DNA of 64,000 bases from Promethearchaeia archaeon (GTDB lineage Archaea > Asgardarchaeota > Lokiarchaeia > Sigyniarchaeales > SOKP01), in assembly GCA_029856145.1 (NCBI GenBank), contig JAHQWK010000025.1:1-64000 (forward strand), written 5' to 3'. The position numbers were made by a program, and so were the translations under genes. Positions 1 through 10,713 of the stretch are shown one piece after another; the stretch's first letter is position 1; every line of letters starts with the position of its first letter. Under the pieces are notes generated by a model. The model did not search any database and had not been told where the DNA came from. It was given only the letters and a program-made list of their open reading frames with translations.

Positions 1-2
1 CA

Positions 3-686
3 GATCCTTCCCCAATGCATCCTCTTGGGACAACAGAATTAGGAAGAGATGTGTTAGCAAGGTTAATATTTGGAGCATATTCTTCTTTATCAGTTGCATT
101 ACCCGCGATTATGTTGAGTGTTGTCGGAGGGATATTAATTGGTGTTATCGCAGCGTATTATAGAGGATGGATTGATTCAGTTCTGATGAGAATCTGTGAT
201 ATCTTATTAGCCTTTCCAGGCCTGATTCTTGCGTTAGTAGTGATTTCAATTGTTGGGCAACAAATTCACATTATAATGATTGTCTGGGGGGTTTTAGGGA
301 TACCCTTTTATGCACGATTAATCAGAGGAAATGTACTGCAAGCTAGAGAATTACCCTATATTCACGCAGCGAAAGTGTCTGGAGCAGGAAATGGAAGAAT
401 AATGTTTCGACATATATTACCAAATGTTATTCAACCAATCATCATTTCGGTTACCTTTAATGTTGGCGCATGGATTTTAGGGTTAGCGGCTCTTTCATAT
501 TTGGGTTTTAGCGATCCCACCATGATAGAGTGGGGAAACGACATCAATTTTGCGAGAGCAAATCTCTACTCAGCACCATGGGCTTCTCTGTGGCCTGGAT
601 TTATGATATTAATTACGGTTTTGGGTTTCATGCTCCTCGGTGATGGGTTAAGAGATGCGTTAGATCCAAGATTAAAAAACCTATAA
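3..686 (+). CDS. dppC: Peptide/nickel ABC transporter permease (DppC/OppC family), 5'-truncated by the window edge
   Basis: HPLGTTELGRD N-terminal motif, EAA-like loop (YIHAAKVSGAGNGRIMFRHILPN), C-terminal GDGLRDALDP; the frame is open from position 3. Confidence 0.9.
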   Translation, partial: DPSPMHPLGTTELGRDVLARLIFGAYSSLSVALPAIMLSVVGGILIGVIAAYYRGWIDSVLMRICDILLAFPGLILALVVISIVGQQIHIIMIVWGVLGIPFYARLIRGNVLQARELPYIHAAKVSGAGNGRIMFRHILPNVIQPIIISVTFNVGAWILGLAALSYLGFSDPTMIEWGNDINFARANLYSAPWASLWPGFMILITVLGFMLLGDGLRDALDPRLKNL

Positions 687-701
687 TTTTTTTTTTTTTT
701 T
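687..701 (+). terminator. Oligo-T archaeal terminator
   Basis: Long T run immediately after the dppC stop. Confidence 0.6.
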
Positions 702-762
702 AATAGAAAGAAGCATTTTTTTCAAGAAGATCTTTAATTACTAAGAGTTCATAATATCTTTT

Positions 763-900
763 GCAATAATCTCTGGTAATTTTGGGACAGCTCAAAGTAA
801 AATTAAAGCTTTAATGGATGTTGGTGTTAATATTGCTGAAACCCCTTGGGATGTTCCTAAGTTAATTAAAGTAATCCAAAAAGCCAATTATATTATTTAA
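763..900 (+). pseudogene. sucD: 3' remnant of succinyl-CoA synthetase alpha subunit (SucD)
   Basis: Manual translation AIISGNFGTAQSKIKALMDVGVNIAETPWDVPKLIKVIQKANYII* matches the SucD C-terminus (GHAGAIISGxxGTAxxKxxAL..GV.xAETP); no start codon or upstream part. Confidence 0.75.
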
Positions 901-1087
901 AAAAAGATCTAGAAGAATTATATAATCTATTGAATGAAAAACAGAATTAATTAAAAAATTCCAAAATTTGTTCAATCAAATAACAAAGAAATGATCATAA
1001 CTATAATAATTGTCTAGGAGTAAGATTCTTTCTCTTTCTATTGGTGTTTTATTTTCCAAATCATAATTTTGTTCAAATTATTCATTG

Positions 1088-1117
1088 AAAAGTTTTATAA
1101 CTGGGAAGGTTTTCCCA
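1088..1117 (+). promoter_or_regulatory. BRE/TATA (AAAAG-TTTTATAA) followed by the palindrome TGGGAA-N4-TTCCCA, upstream of aclB
   Basis: Sequence gaaaagttttataactgggaaggttttccca. Confidence 0.5.
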
Positions 1118-1216
1118 TATTACTAAGGTGCGAAAAATTTATTAGAAAAACGATTCTACCTAAATTATCAGTTTTAATGAAATTTTTGTAAAAAAAAATA
1201 AAAGAGTTAGAAAATT

Positions 1217-2512
1217 TTGGCTCAGAAAAATATTTATGAATATGACGCAAAAAAGCTTCTAGCAAGTGAATTGCCTAAATATTATCCAAATTTTAACTAT
1301 CATGATAAATTAGCCATCGCCGAAAGTGGTACTGATTTAGAGCAATTAATTAAGGAAAATCCCTGGATTGAAACAGAAAGAGTTGTTATCAAGCCCGATC
1401 AACTATTTGGAAAAAGAGGAAAAGCTAATTTACTTTTACTCGATGCTAATCTTGATAAAATGAAACAGTTTTGTATGACTAATTTAGATCGAGTTTTTGA
1501 AATTGGTAATATTAGAGGACAATTAAAACGCCTACTTATTGAACCTTTTATTCCTCATGAGAAAGAATATTATATTTCTATTACTTCTGACAGAGAAAAT
1601 GATATTATCCACTTTAGCTTCGAAGGAGGTATATTTATCGAGGAAAATTGGGACAAAGTACATCATATCCCGGTCCCTCTTGGAACTGATATTAATACGT
1701 TTGATTTAGCAAATAATTTACCGGGTTTAGGTGAACTAAAGGATGTTTTGATACCTTTTATTAAAAGCTTATTTCAAGTTTATGTTGATCAAGATTTTGC
1801 ATTTCTTGAAATCAATCCATTTGCTATCACAGAAGATAAGAAAATTGTTCCTTTAGATGTAAAAGCTCGGTTAGATGACACAGCGGCTTTTCTTCACCAA
1901 GATACGTGGGGAAATCCAGAAAATCCAATCGAATTTCCAGCAGCATTTGGACAAAAAATGTCTAGTGAAGAAGCTTATATAAGAGAATTGGATGAGAAAA
2001 CTGGCGCATCTCTAAAGTTGAAAGTTTTAAATAAAGATGGAAGAGTTTGGACAATGGTTGCTGGAGGAGGTGCATCTGTAATTTATACTGATACTATAGT
2101 AGATTTAGGTTATGGGAGCGAATTAGGGAATTATGGTGAATACTCCGGAAACCCATCAAAAGAACATACTGAAATTTATGCCCAAACTATTATTAATCTC
2201 ATTACTGAAAATCCAGATCCAGAAGGAAAACCAAAATATTTGATAATTGGAGGAGGTATTGCTAATTTTACTGATGTAAAAGCAACATTTACAGGAATTG
2301 TAAGCGCAATTAGAAATTCTGTTGATAAATTGAAGAAAGCAAATGTACAAATATATGTAAGGAGAGGGGGACCTAACGAAAAACAAGGTTTAGAACTTAT
2401 GAAACAAGTTGGAAAAGAGACAGGAGTTCCAATAGAAGTATATGATAGATATACTCATATGACTAGAGTTGTAGAATTAATAAAAAAAGCTGAAATCGTT
2501 GGAGGGAATTAA
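1217..2512 (+). CDS. aclB: ATP-citrate lyase, ATP-grasp/citrate-binding subunit
   Basis: KPDQLFGKRGK, LEINPF, WTMVAGGGASVIY, GEYSGNP, GGGIANFT and RRGGPN motifs. Confidence 0.95.
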   Translation: MAQKNIYEYDAKKLLASELPKYYPNFNYHDKLAIAESGTDLEQLIKENPWIETERVVIKPDQLFGKRGKANLLLLDANLDKMKQFCMTNLDRVFEIGNIRGQLKRLLIEPFIPHEKEYYISITSDRENDIIHFSFEGGIFIEENWDKVHHIPVPLGTDINTFDLANNLPGLGELKDVLIPFIKSLFQVYVDQDFAFLEINPFAITEDKKIVPLDVKARLDDTAAFLHQDTWGNPENPIEFPAAFGQKMSSEEAYIRELDEKTGASLKLKVLNKDGRVWTMVAGGGASVIYTDTIVDLGYGSELGNYGEYSGNPSKEHTEIYAQTIINLITENPDPEGKPKYLIIGGGIANFTDVKATFTGIVSAIRNSVDKLKKANVQIYVRRGGPNEKQGLELMKQVGKETGVPIEVYDRYTHMTRVVELIKKAEIVGGN

Positions 2513-2514
2513 AA

Positions 2515-4350
2515 ATGGAAGATTATGAACTATTTAATAGAAATACTCAAGCAATTATTTATGGTTTTCAAAGAAACCCCATTCAGAGGATGCTTGATTT
2601 TGACTTTGTAAGTAGAAGAGAAAAACCCTCTGTTGCTGCAATTATTAGACCTACTCAAACAGCAGCAATTAGTTACCATAAAGTTTTTTGGGGAAATAAA
2701 GAAATTGTCATACCCATCTATAAAACACTTAGCTTGGCAATGAAAAATCATATTAATGCTGAAGTTATGATTAACTTTGCTTCTTTTAGATCGTCTTATG
2801 AAACTAGTAAAGAAGCTCTTGAATCTGATACAATACGTACAGTAGTTATTATTGCAGAAGGGATTCCTGAAAGACAAAGTCGTGAACTAATTAAAATTGC
2901 AGATGAGAGTAATAAAAACATAATTGGTCCGGCAACAGTCGGGGGAATTAGAGCCGGTGCCTTTAAGATTGGAAATACGGCAGGAACCTTAGAGAATATC
3001 AAATTATCTAAACTATACCGTCCTGGGTCAGTTGGATTTGTATCGAAATCAGGTGGTTTAAGTAATGAAATGAATTTCATGATTTCACAAACAACAGACG
3101 GAATTTTTGAAGGGATTGCGATAGGTGGAGATCGATATCCTGGATCTCGGTTAATCGATCATCTTTTACGATATGAAGCGAACCCCAAAATCAAAATGTT
3201 AGTAGTTCTAGGAGAAATTGGTGGTGTTGATGAATATGCTATTGTGGATGCTTTAAAAAGTGGGAAAATAAAGAAACCAATTGTTATTTGGGTTACAGGA
3301 ACAGCCGCAAAGATATTACCTCAAGGCCTGCAATTCGGTCACGCCGGTGCTATGGCAGATAGTGCAAAAGAAACTGCAGATGCTAAAAATCGTGCCTTAC
3401 GAGAAGCTGGTGCTATTGTCCCAGATTCATATGAAGATTTAGATAAAGAAATTAGAAAAACATTTGAAAATTTAAAAAAGGAAGGTAAAATAGATCCAAT
3501 CGAAGAATTTGAACCACCAGAGGTTCCATTAGATTATAATACTGCTATTCGTTTAGGGAAAGTACGAAGACCTACTGATGTAGTTGTCACAATATCAGAT
3601 GATAGGGGTGATGTTCCCACATTTGCGGGTATTGGATTAGATACAATAATCAGAGATAAAAAATCTATAGGGTATGTTATTGGTCTTTTATGGTTTAAAA
3701 AAGAATTACCAGAGTTTGCCCAACAATTTATTGAAATGGTAATTAAACTAACGGCAGATCATGGACCTGCTGTAAGTGGAGCTCATAATGCGATTATTAC
3801 AGCACGAGCAGGCAAAGATTTAATGTCATCGGTTGCTTCAGGTATTCTCACAATTGGTCCACGATTCGGTGGAGCAATCTCGGATGCAGCTAAATATTTT
3901 AGAGAAGCTTTGCAAAAAGGAATGAAACCTGTTGAATTTATGAATTATATGAAAACTGTCATGAAAATTAACATCCCAGGAATTGGCCATAGAATTAAAT
4001 CAGTTCAAAATCCTGACGTACGAGTCCAATTATTAAAAGAATTTGTATTTAAAAATTTTAAGAAACATCCACATCTAGATTATGCGCTCGAAGTTGAGAA
4101 ACTTACAACGTCTAAAAGAAATAATCTGATTTTGAACGTTGACGGATGTATTGGCATAACCTTCTTGGATCTCTTGGAAAATTTAGATTTCACGAAAGAA
4201 GAAATAGAAGATGTCATTTATAGTGAAGCTTTAAATGGTATATTTGTGCTTGGTCGTTCAATAGGAATGATGGGACACGTTTTTGATCAAAAACGTCAAC
4301 GAGCTGGTCTCTTTAGGCAACCTTGGGATGAAATATTATTTACAGAATAA
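2515..4350 (+). CDS. aclA: ATP-citrate lyase, CoA-binding/citryl-CoA lyase subunit
   Basis: QRMLDFD, NFASFRS, GPATVGG, phospho-His motif QFGHAGA, DHGPAVSGAHN, GIGHRIKS, LNVDG. Confidence 0.95.
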   Translation: MEDYELFNRNTQAIIYGFQRNPIQRMLDFDFVSRREKPSVAAIIRPTQTAAISYHKVFWGNKEIVIPIYKTLSLAMKNHINAEVMINFASFRSSYETSKEALESDTIRTVVIIAEGIPERQSRELIKIADESNKNIIGPATVGGIRAGAFKIGNTAGTLENIKLSKLYRPGSVGFVSKSGGLSNEMNFMISQTTDGIFEGIAIGGDRYPGSRLIDHLLRYEANPKIKMLVVLGEIGGVDEYAIVDALKSGKIKKPIVIWVTGTAAKILPQGLQFGHAGAMADSAKETADAKNRALREAGAIVPDSYEDLDKEIRKTFENLKKEGKIDPIEEFEPPEVPLDYNTAIRLGKVRRPTDVVVTISDDRGDVPTFAGIGLDTIIRDKKSIGYVIGLLWFKKELPEFAQQFIEMVIKLTADHGPAVSGAHNAIITARAGKDLMSSVASGILTIGPRFGGAISDAAKYFREALQKGMKPVEFMNYMKTVMKINIPGIGHRIKSVQNPDVRVQLLKEFVFKNFKKHPHLDYALEVEKLTTSKRNNLILNVDGCIGITFLDLLENLDFTKEEIEDVIYSEALNGIFVLGRSIGMMGHVFDQKRQRAGLFRQPWDEILFTE

Positions 4351-4431
4351 AAAATTCAAAATTAAATAAAAAGTAATTAAAAATAAATAAAAAATCAATT
4401 AGAAATAATAACAAATTGGAGGCATATAAAA

Positions 4432-5622
4432 TTGAATGAAATGATTGATAAAGCAAAGGATCATTTTGCTAAACTCGTAGAAGAACAATTGGAAAGAGTA
4501 GAACGCATGAAAAAAGCGGGTGATTGGACCGATTACTCTGCACTAAAACCTATTATCATTGGATTTGTAGGTGGTGACGGTATTGGTCCTTATATTGCTA
4601 AACATGCCCAAGCAATTACGGAATTCTTATTAAAAGATGAACTTGAAAGTGGTAAAGTAGAATTTCGTGTAATTGAGGGATTAACAATAGAAAATAGAGC
4701 AAAAGTAATGAAAGCAATCCCCGATGACGTGTTAGAAGAGATTAAAAAGTGCCATGTATTATTAAAAGGTCCAACAACAACACCAAGAAAGGGAGATAAA
4801 TGGCCTAATATCGAAAGTGCAAACGTAACAATGCGTCGTGAATTGGATTTATTCGCAAATGTTCGACCTGTGAAAGTTCCCGAGAAAAATATTGATTGGA
4901 TGTTTTTCAGAGAGAACACAGAAGGGGCATATGTTTTAGGTTCGAGGGGAATAAATGTTTCAGATGATCTTGCCATTGATTTTAAAGTTATAACTACACA
5001 AGGAGCGGAGAGGATAATTAGATTAGCATTTGATTACGCAAAAAAGAACAATATTAATAGAGTCACTGTGGTCACTAAAGCTAATGTAGTAAAAGCTTCG
5101 GATGGTAAATTTTTAGCTATGGCAGAAGAAGTTGCAAAAGAATACCCTCAAGTTGAATGGGATGATTGGTATATTGATATAATGACAGCAAAATTAGTTG
5201 ATCCCGCTCGTCAAAGCCAGTTTAGAGTGTTTGTTGCTCCTAACTTATATGGAGATATTATTACAGATGAAGCTGCTCAAATCCAAGGGGGTGTTGGAAC
5301 TGCTGGAAGTGCAAATATTGGAAAACAATACTCTATGTTTGAAGCTATTCATGGATCAGCTCCGCGAATGGTTGAGGAAGGTCGTGCACAATATGCTGAT
5401 CCTTCAAGCATAATTAAAGCAGCAGCACTACTCATGAACCATATAGGTTTCACAGAAAAGGCTAATAAACTTGAAATGGCTCTTGATATTTGTGCTACTT
5501 ATGAAAAGAAGGTGGTTTTAACTGGTCGAGATACTGGGGCAACTGGAGAAGAATATGCAAAATATATAATGGAGACACTCCAAGATCCTAATCTTGAGCA
5601 AAAATGGAAAGGGTATCAATAA
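4432..5622 (+). CDS. icd: Isocitrate/isopropylmalate dehydrogenase family, probably isocitrate dehydrogenase
   Basis: GDGIGP, KGPTTTP, SANVTMRRELDLFANVRP, RENTEGAY, NLYGDIITDEAA, EAIHGSAP; directly follows aclBA. Confidence 0.8.
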   Translation: MNEMIDKAKDHFAKLVEEQLERVERMKKAGDWTDYSALKPIIIGFVGGDGIGPYIAKHAQAITEFLLKDELESGKVEFRVIEGLTIENRAKVMKAIPDDVLEEIKKCHVLLKGPTTTPRKGDKWPNIESANVTMRRELDLFANVRPVKVPEKNIDWMFFRENTEGAYVLGSRGINVSDDLAIDFKVITTQGAERIIRLAFDYAKKNNINRVTVVTKANVVKASDGKFLAMAEEVAKEYPQVEWDDWYIDIMTAKLVDPARQSQFRVFVAPNLYGDIITDEAAQIQGGVGTAGSANIGKQYSMFEAIHGSAPRMVEEGRAQYADPSSIIKAAALLMNHIGFTEKANKLEMALDICATYEKKVVLTGRDTGATGEEYAKYIMETLQDPNLEQKWKGYQ

Positions 5623-5799
5623 ATACCTCAGAAATTTTAAAGAATTTTTTTAATTATAATTTTTTTCATTTATTTCAATATATATTCAAGATTTGATTTC
5701 TTCATATTAAAAAAACAAATTTAAATAATAAAAAAGTATTTCATATCTAGACATGTAAATATTCGACATATATTGAAAAATCCTCAAACCTAGTGTATA

Positions 5800-6345
5800 A
5801 TGAGTACAGAAAAATTAGTTGAACTTATTGAACATTCAATGAAGAGTGGTTATATTAGTATGCTTATTTTATTAGCTCTTGAAAAAGAACCAGCTAATGG
5901 TTATAAACTAATGAAAAAGATTTCTGAGGAAACATTTGGAGAATGGCGACCAACTAATTCAACAATGTATCCCTATCTTTCCAATCTTACAAATAGGGGA
6001 TTAATTCAATATGAAAAGAGGAAAACAGGGCAAAGAGAAAGCAAAGAATATTACCTCACGATGAAAGGTAAAAAAGTTTTAAAGATGTTGGTAGAAAAAC
6101 AGCAAGAAATGAACTTATCTTTATTAAGTATGATTTCAACCGTCTTGGATGTCAACAGCCTCCCGAGTAATCTTCTGGATTTTTTTAGCCAATCTTATCA
6201 TGAACGTATTCTAATTGGTAAGACAAGCGAAGAAAAAATTAGCATTCTCAGCAGACGAATTGAAATTATAAATTTAATCTTAGAAATCATTGGAAAGAAT
6301 AAAATTGAAATGGAAAAAGAATTAGAAAAACTTAAAGGTAATTAA
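5800..6345 (+). CDS. PadR-family transcriptional regulator
   Basis: wHTH pattern: LLALEKEPANGYKL..TMYPYL..L...GLI....KEYYLTMKG. Confidence 0.85.
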   Translation: MSTEKLVELIEHSMKSGYISMLILLALEKEPANGYKLMKKISEETFGEWRPTNSTMYPYLSNLTNRGLIQYEKRKTGQRESKEYYLTMKGKKVLKMLVEKQQEMNLSLLSMISTVLDVNSLPSNLLDFFSQSYHERILIGKTSEEKISILSRRIEIINLILEIIGKNKIEMEKELEKLKGN

Positions 6346-6452
6346 AATAAAGTTTCTCCAAATTGCAATTAAGATTATTATAGAAATAAATTAGAGAGGT
6401 ACAACCTCGTTTATATTAATAAAATAAAACAAAAAAATGAGTAAATAAGAAT

Positions 6453-9400
6453 ATGGGTGTAATACTAAAACTTGCTTTTCGTAATATGAAAAGACGTAAA
6501 GTTCGCTATATTTTAACAATAATAACACTTGTCATTAGTGTCGCTTTGTTTGGCGGAGTTTTAATCGTATCTGATTCATTCAATGTAATGATGTTAAAAA
6601 CTATAGATGAGCAGTTAGGTACTGCAGATATTTTAATTAGATCTGCTAATAGTACTGACGGTTGGTTTGAACCTGATGAAATTAATAGTGAATTAGAAGA
6701 TGTAAGACACGTTGAATCAATAGCTTACCGGATTTCAGGTTTCAATGTTTATATTAGTGCAACTAATAGTGGAAACCAAGTAGAAAATAGCACAAGAACA
6801 GGGATATACGGTATTGATCATCAAGATGTGGATGAACGAGAATTAGGTGGGAAACCCTTTATATTAGATTCAGTGAGTAATGAGGATACAATCGAAAAAC
6901 TTCTTGAGTATACCCACGAGGATACTGGAGATAAAGTAATAGTTATTTCAGAATCACTAAAAATTCAATTAGGAAAAAATCTTAAAGCAAATGATAGTGT
7001 TTGGGTTCTTCCAAATGACGGAGAGTTTCTGGGTTATGACCCTCTAAATACAGGAACATGGCTTGAATATTCTGTTGTTGCTATAATACGGGATATCGGT
7101 GAAGGGAAAGATTTCGATCCAGAAAACCCTTCAGAGTCTGCAATGACTATGATTGGAGTTGGTGGAGGAGGACCAGGTATTTTTGTAAATATCAATAATG
7201 CTCATGAACTAGTGGATGGTACAGAAAATCATACTGGTGAATATAATCTAGGTGTTGTAGGAGTTGATAATATATACAGTGTATCTTCCGTAGTCGAGAA
7301 TATTGAAAATAATTTAGAAGATCTTAATGATGGAAGAGATTGGAAAGTTAATGACTTAAAATCAAGTAATTTAGAAATGATAAATACTACAATGAGTATA
7401 TTAGAGACTGTCTTTCTAATTTTTGGTTTAGTCGCATTAATCCTCTCAATTATCCTAATGATGAATATTTTTAATATTATTAAAAAAGAACAAGAATATG
7501 AGACAGGTATGTTCCAAGCAATAGGAGCATCTAAATCTGAAACTTTTAAACTGTTTTTAACCCAAGGTACAGTAATGGGAATAATTGGAACAACATTAGG
7601 AACAATATCTTCCTATTTCATATCGTATGTAATTTTTTCAGTTACATTACAAACAATCCAAAGTATTACAGCACAATTTGGAGGGCTTTCAATTTCAAAT
7701 TTTGAAATTGTTTTATATCCTGCAACTCTAATTACAACATTTATAGTTGGGTTAGTTTCTAGTATTTTTGCTTCACTTTACCCTAGTTGGAAAGCAAGTC
7801 GTAAACCTATCATTGAATGCTTAAATCCAATCGAAGAAAAGTCTAAAAGGGAGAAAAAACATTATTGGAAAAGAATAATACTCTTCATTTCAGGGAGTTT
7901 ACTTATCTCTTCTGGGGTATTGCTTATGATTTTTACACCTGAAGCTACAACTGCATTTATGCCATCCGCACAATCAATGCCAGGGATGGATCAAGGAATG
8001 GTGGTTACGATGTTTGCTCCTATTTTAGTCTTATTTGGGATTATTTGGTTAATTGTACTTAGCATAAAACCGCTTAATAAAGTTTTCGTGGCTTTGTTTT
8101 CTCCATATCTACGGAAAACAAGATTATTAACTGAAAAGAATATATTAAGACATCGAAAAAGAACAAGTCTTACATTCACTATGATTGCTTTAACAACAAG
8201 TTTTCTTATAGGGATGAGTGTAATGATGGATTCAATAAGAGCAGGTATAGGTACTACCATTGATGACTTTATGGGTGCTGATATACGACTATACACTTTC
8301 AATACTCCCAGATCTTTCGAAGAAGGCCTCCTTAATCAATCAGGAGTAGATGATGTAATGGGAGTAAGTCATCAAAATGCACAAATTCAAATAAATAATG
8401 ATTGGATTGGACATAGCTTACTTGATCGAGAATATAATACTACTATTATGGTAAATGTTTTGGACACAGAAAAAGCTAAAGAACATCTGACTAAAACTAC
8501 CATAATTTCCCCTACAACAATGACTCTTATTGAAATGATGGAAGAAATTAAAATGGGTAATAATATCATAATTGATGAAAATTTTGCTGATGATTATAAT
8601 TTGAATGTTGGTAGAAATTTATCTGTAAGATTTTCACTAGGAACAACTTATGCAAATCTAACTGCAATACTTGATACAGATGATTATAATGCACATGAAG
8701 ATACTTTTATAGTAAATATGACAATTACAGCAATTATTCGAAGCATTCAGGGGTTTTCATCACTAGATCTCTTGGGAGTTCAAGGTGAAGGAAAATCTTA
8801 TAATACGTTTATCTCTTGGGAAATCTACGAAGAAATTGCTAATAAAAATCTACCTGGTGGAGGTACTGATCTGGTTTTCAGACAATTAACTCAAACTGGA
8901 AACCCTATGTTTGATCTAGTTCAACCTAATTGGTTCGCCTTTTCTACTGTGGAATCAATTCTAAATGGTATTAGTGGAATCGAATATTATACCACAAGAA
9001 TGGACTATTATACGCCAGTATCTTATAACGGTTCAGTAATAGATTATGCAAGTTCGGTTGCGGGTATTCATACAAATTCTTCTGGAAACCTTAGATCTGA
9101 TTTATACTTTGGAAATAATAATCTTGTAAGCCAAAAGCTTGGATATGTTGGATCTACAATGGAAGAACTACTCAATACGACAGAAAATATATGTGTAGTG
9201 GATGAAATTTTCATAAAAAACAATCCTACTATAGGAATTGGTGATAATATAACTATTTTTCCACATCAATTCAATTTAGAAACTATTTCTGCAGGAGGTT
9301 TTCCATATATCACTACAGCTATCCCTTATATAAATAATTATACATCAGTATCAGGAACTACTACAGATTTAATTTTTTCTGATGACGTATACTTATCATA

Positions 9401-10646
9401 TGTAAGTAATAGAGAGTGGCTTGCTTTAAATATTACAGTGAATTTACTGCCTACTAACTTATATAAAGCTATAAATGTTACCATAGAGACTTCAGTAAAC
9501 ACCACTGTCGATTCTCTAGAATTGGAAGTTCTTAATATTTATACTAACACATTTGAAAACCTAGGACCTATCAATAATATTATAGAGAATAATAACACTT
9601 TTAATTTCAATTTAAACCATTATTATGTTGATCCAATTGGAGATCTCAAACTAAGAATTATTGGTCGTAACTCCACATATAATGGTAACTATAATTTAAC
9701 TATTGATAGCCTAAAGCTTGGAGTAGCTAAGTCAATTTATTCAACAATAACTCCAGATTTTTGGCCAAAATTTGAAATTATAGGAATTATTGAGGCACCT
9801 ACTTTGTATAATACCGAAAAATACAATTGGTATGCTGGTTTTGAATTGGGTTATGATATTAGTGGAAATTCAATATTTATAAATTACGAAAAAGCAAGAA
9901 ATGTTATATATTCTGACTATAGAGGATCTGATTATTCTAATGATATGGTAACTTCAGTGTTAGTTCACTGTGATCACCCAGAAAATATAACAACTTATAA
10001 AAATTTGTTGTTACAAAATCTACATTTCATAGCAGGGGGTTATTGGTCAATAATTGACCTTAAAAGTTTGACTCTTTCAATTAGGACCAATGTTTATGAC
10101 TGGTTTACGTGGGTGGAAGTCGGAGTGCACGATGAAGATGTTTTAGAAGAACAAATTAATTACATAGAAGATCGAGGTTATCTTATAATATTTGCTTTTA
10201 CAAAATCATTTATGAGTTCTACTTTTAGGACGATGATTAATTTAATCGTTTTCATTACGAATGGTCTACTTATCTTTGCTATAATAATTGCAATGATTGG
10301 GTTAACTCTTCATAGTCTTCTTACAACCATGGCACGTAGAAGGGAAATAGGTATGCTTAGATCAATAGGATTAAGTAAAAAAGGGGTAATTCGTTCAATA
10401 TCAGGAGAGACATTAATTTTAGCACTTTTGGGTGTATTTACGGGTATATTTGCAGGTATAATTCAAGGATCTTTGATGGTGGAAGCTATGCCCTCCGGTG
10501 GATTTCTCGCAGTTACTTGGACAATTCCTTGGTTAACTATTGGCATTTTGGTATTGACTGTTTTAATAACTGTAATTTTGAGTTCAAGATATCCTGCAAA
10601 ATGGGCAGCAAACTTGAATATCATAGACGCGGTGAGAACAAGATGA
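6453..10646 (+). CDS. Large FtsX/MacB-type ABC permease (two FtsX domains, large extracellular loops)
   Basis: KLAFRNMKRRKVRYILT N-terminus, ETGMFQAIGAS and RRREIGMLRSIG motifs, terminal YPAKWAANLNIIDAVR. Confidence 0.9.
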   Translation: MGVILKLAFRNMKRRKVRYILTIITLVISVALFGGVLIVSDSFNVMMLKTIDEQLGTADILIRSANSTDGWFEPDEINSELEDVRHVESIAYRISGFNVYISATNSGNQVENSTRTGIYGIDHQDVDERELGGKPFILDSVSNEDTIEKLLEYTHEDTGDKVIVISESLKIQLGKNLKANDSVWVLPNDGEFLGYDPLNTGTWLEYSVVAIIRDIGEGKDFDPENPSESAMTMIGVGGGGPGIFVNINNAHELVDGTENHTGEYNLGVVGVDNIYSVSSVVENIENNLEDLNDGRDWKVNDLKSSNLEMINTTMSILETVFLIFGLVALILSIILMMNIFNIIKKEQEYETGMFQAIGASKSETFKLFLTQGTVMGIIGTTLGTISSYFISYVIFSVTLQTIQSITAQFGGLSISNFEIVLYPATLITTFIVGLVSSIFASLYPSWKASRKPIIECLNPIEEKSKREKKHYWKRIILFISGSLLISSGVLLMIFTPEATTAFMPSAQSMPGMDQGMVVTMFAPILVLFGIIWLIVLSIKPLNKVFVALFSPYLRKTRLLTEKNILRHRKRTSLTFTMIALTTSFLIGMSVMMDSIRAGIGTTIDDFMGADIRLYTFNTPRSFEEGLLNQSGVDDVMGVSHQNAQIQINNDWIGHSLLDREYNTTIMVNVLDTEKAKEHLTKTTIISPTTMTLIEMMEEIKMGNNIIIDENFADDYNLNVGRNLSVRFSLGTTYANLTAILDTDDYNAHEDTFIVNMTITAIIRSIQGFSSLDLLGVQGEGKSYNTFISWEIYEEIANKNLPGGGTDLVFRQLTQTGNPMFDLVQPNWFAFSTVESILNGISGIEYYTTRMDYYTPVSYNGSVIDYASSVAGIHTNSSGNLRSDLYFGNNNLVSQKLGYVGSTMEELLNTTENICVVDEIFIKNNPTIGIGDNITIFPHQFNLETISAGGFPYITTAIPYINNYTSVSGTTTDLIFSDDVYLSYVSNREWLALNITVNLLPTNLYKAINVTIETSVNTTVDSLELEVLNIYTNTFENLGPINNIIENNNTFNFNLNHYYVDPIGDLKLRIIGRNSTYNGNYNLTIDSLKLGVAKSIYSTITPDFWPKFEIIGIIEAPTLYNTEKYNWYAGFELGYDISGNSIFINYEKARNVIYSDYRGSDYSNDMVTSVLVHCDHPENITTYKNLLLQNLHFIAGGYWSIIDLKSLTLSIRTNVYDWFTWVEVGVHDEDVLEEQINYIEDRGYLIIFAFTKSFMSSTFRTMINLIVFITNGLLIFAIIIAMIGLTLHSLLTTMARRREIGMLRSIGLSKKGVIRSISGETLILALLGVFTGIFAGIIQGSLMVEAMPSGGFLAVTWTIPWLTIGILVLTVLITVILSSRYPAKWAANLNIIDAVRTR

Positions 10647-10713
10647 TTGATTGAAACAAATTAAAAAAATGAGGTTTAGAAAATGTCAATTAAAAAGAAA
10701 AAAGTGAGGAAAA

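Noticed and set aside
5741-5778. Imperfect palindromes upstream of padR
   Set aside because: A plausible operator, but too degenerate in AT-rich DNA to support.
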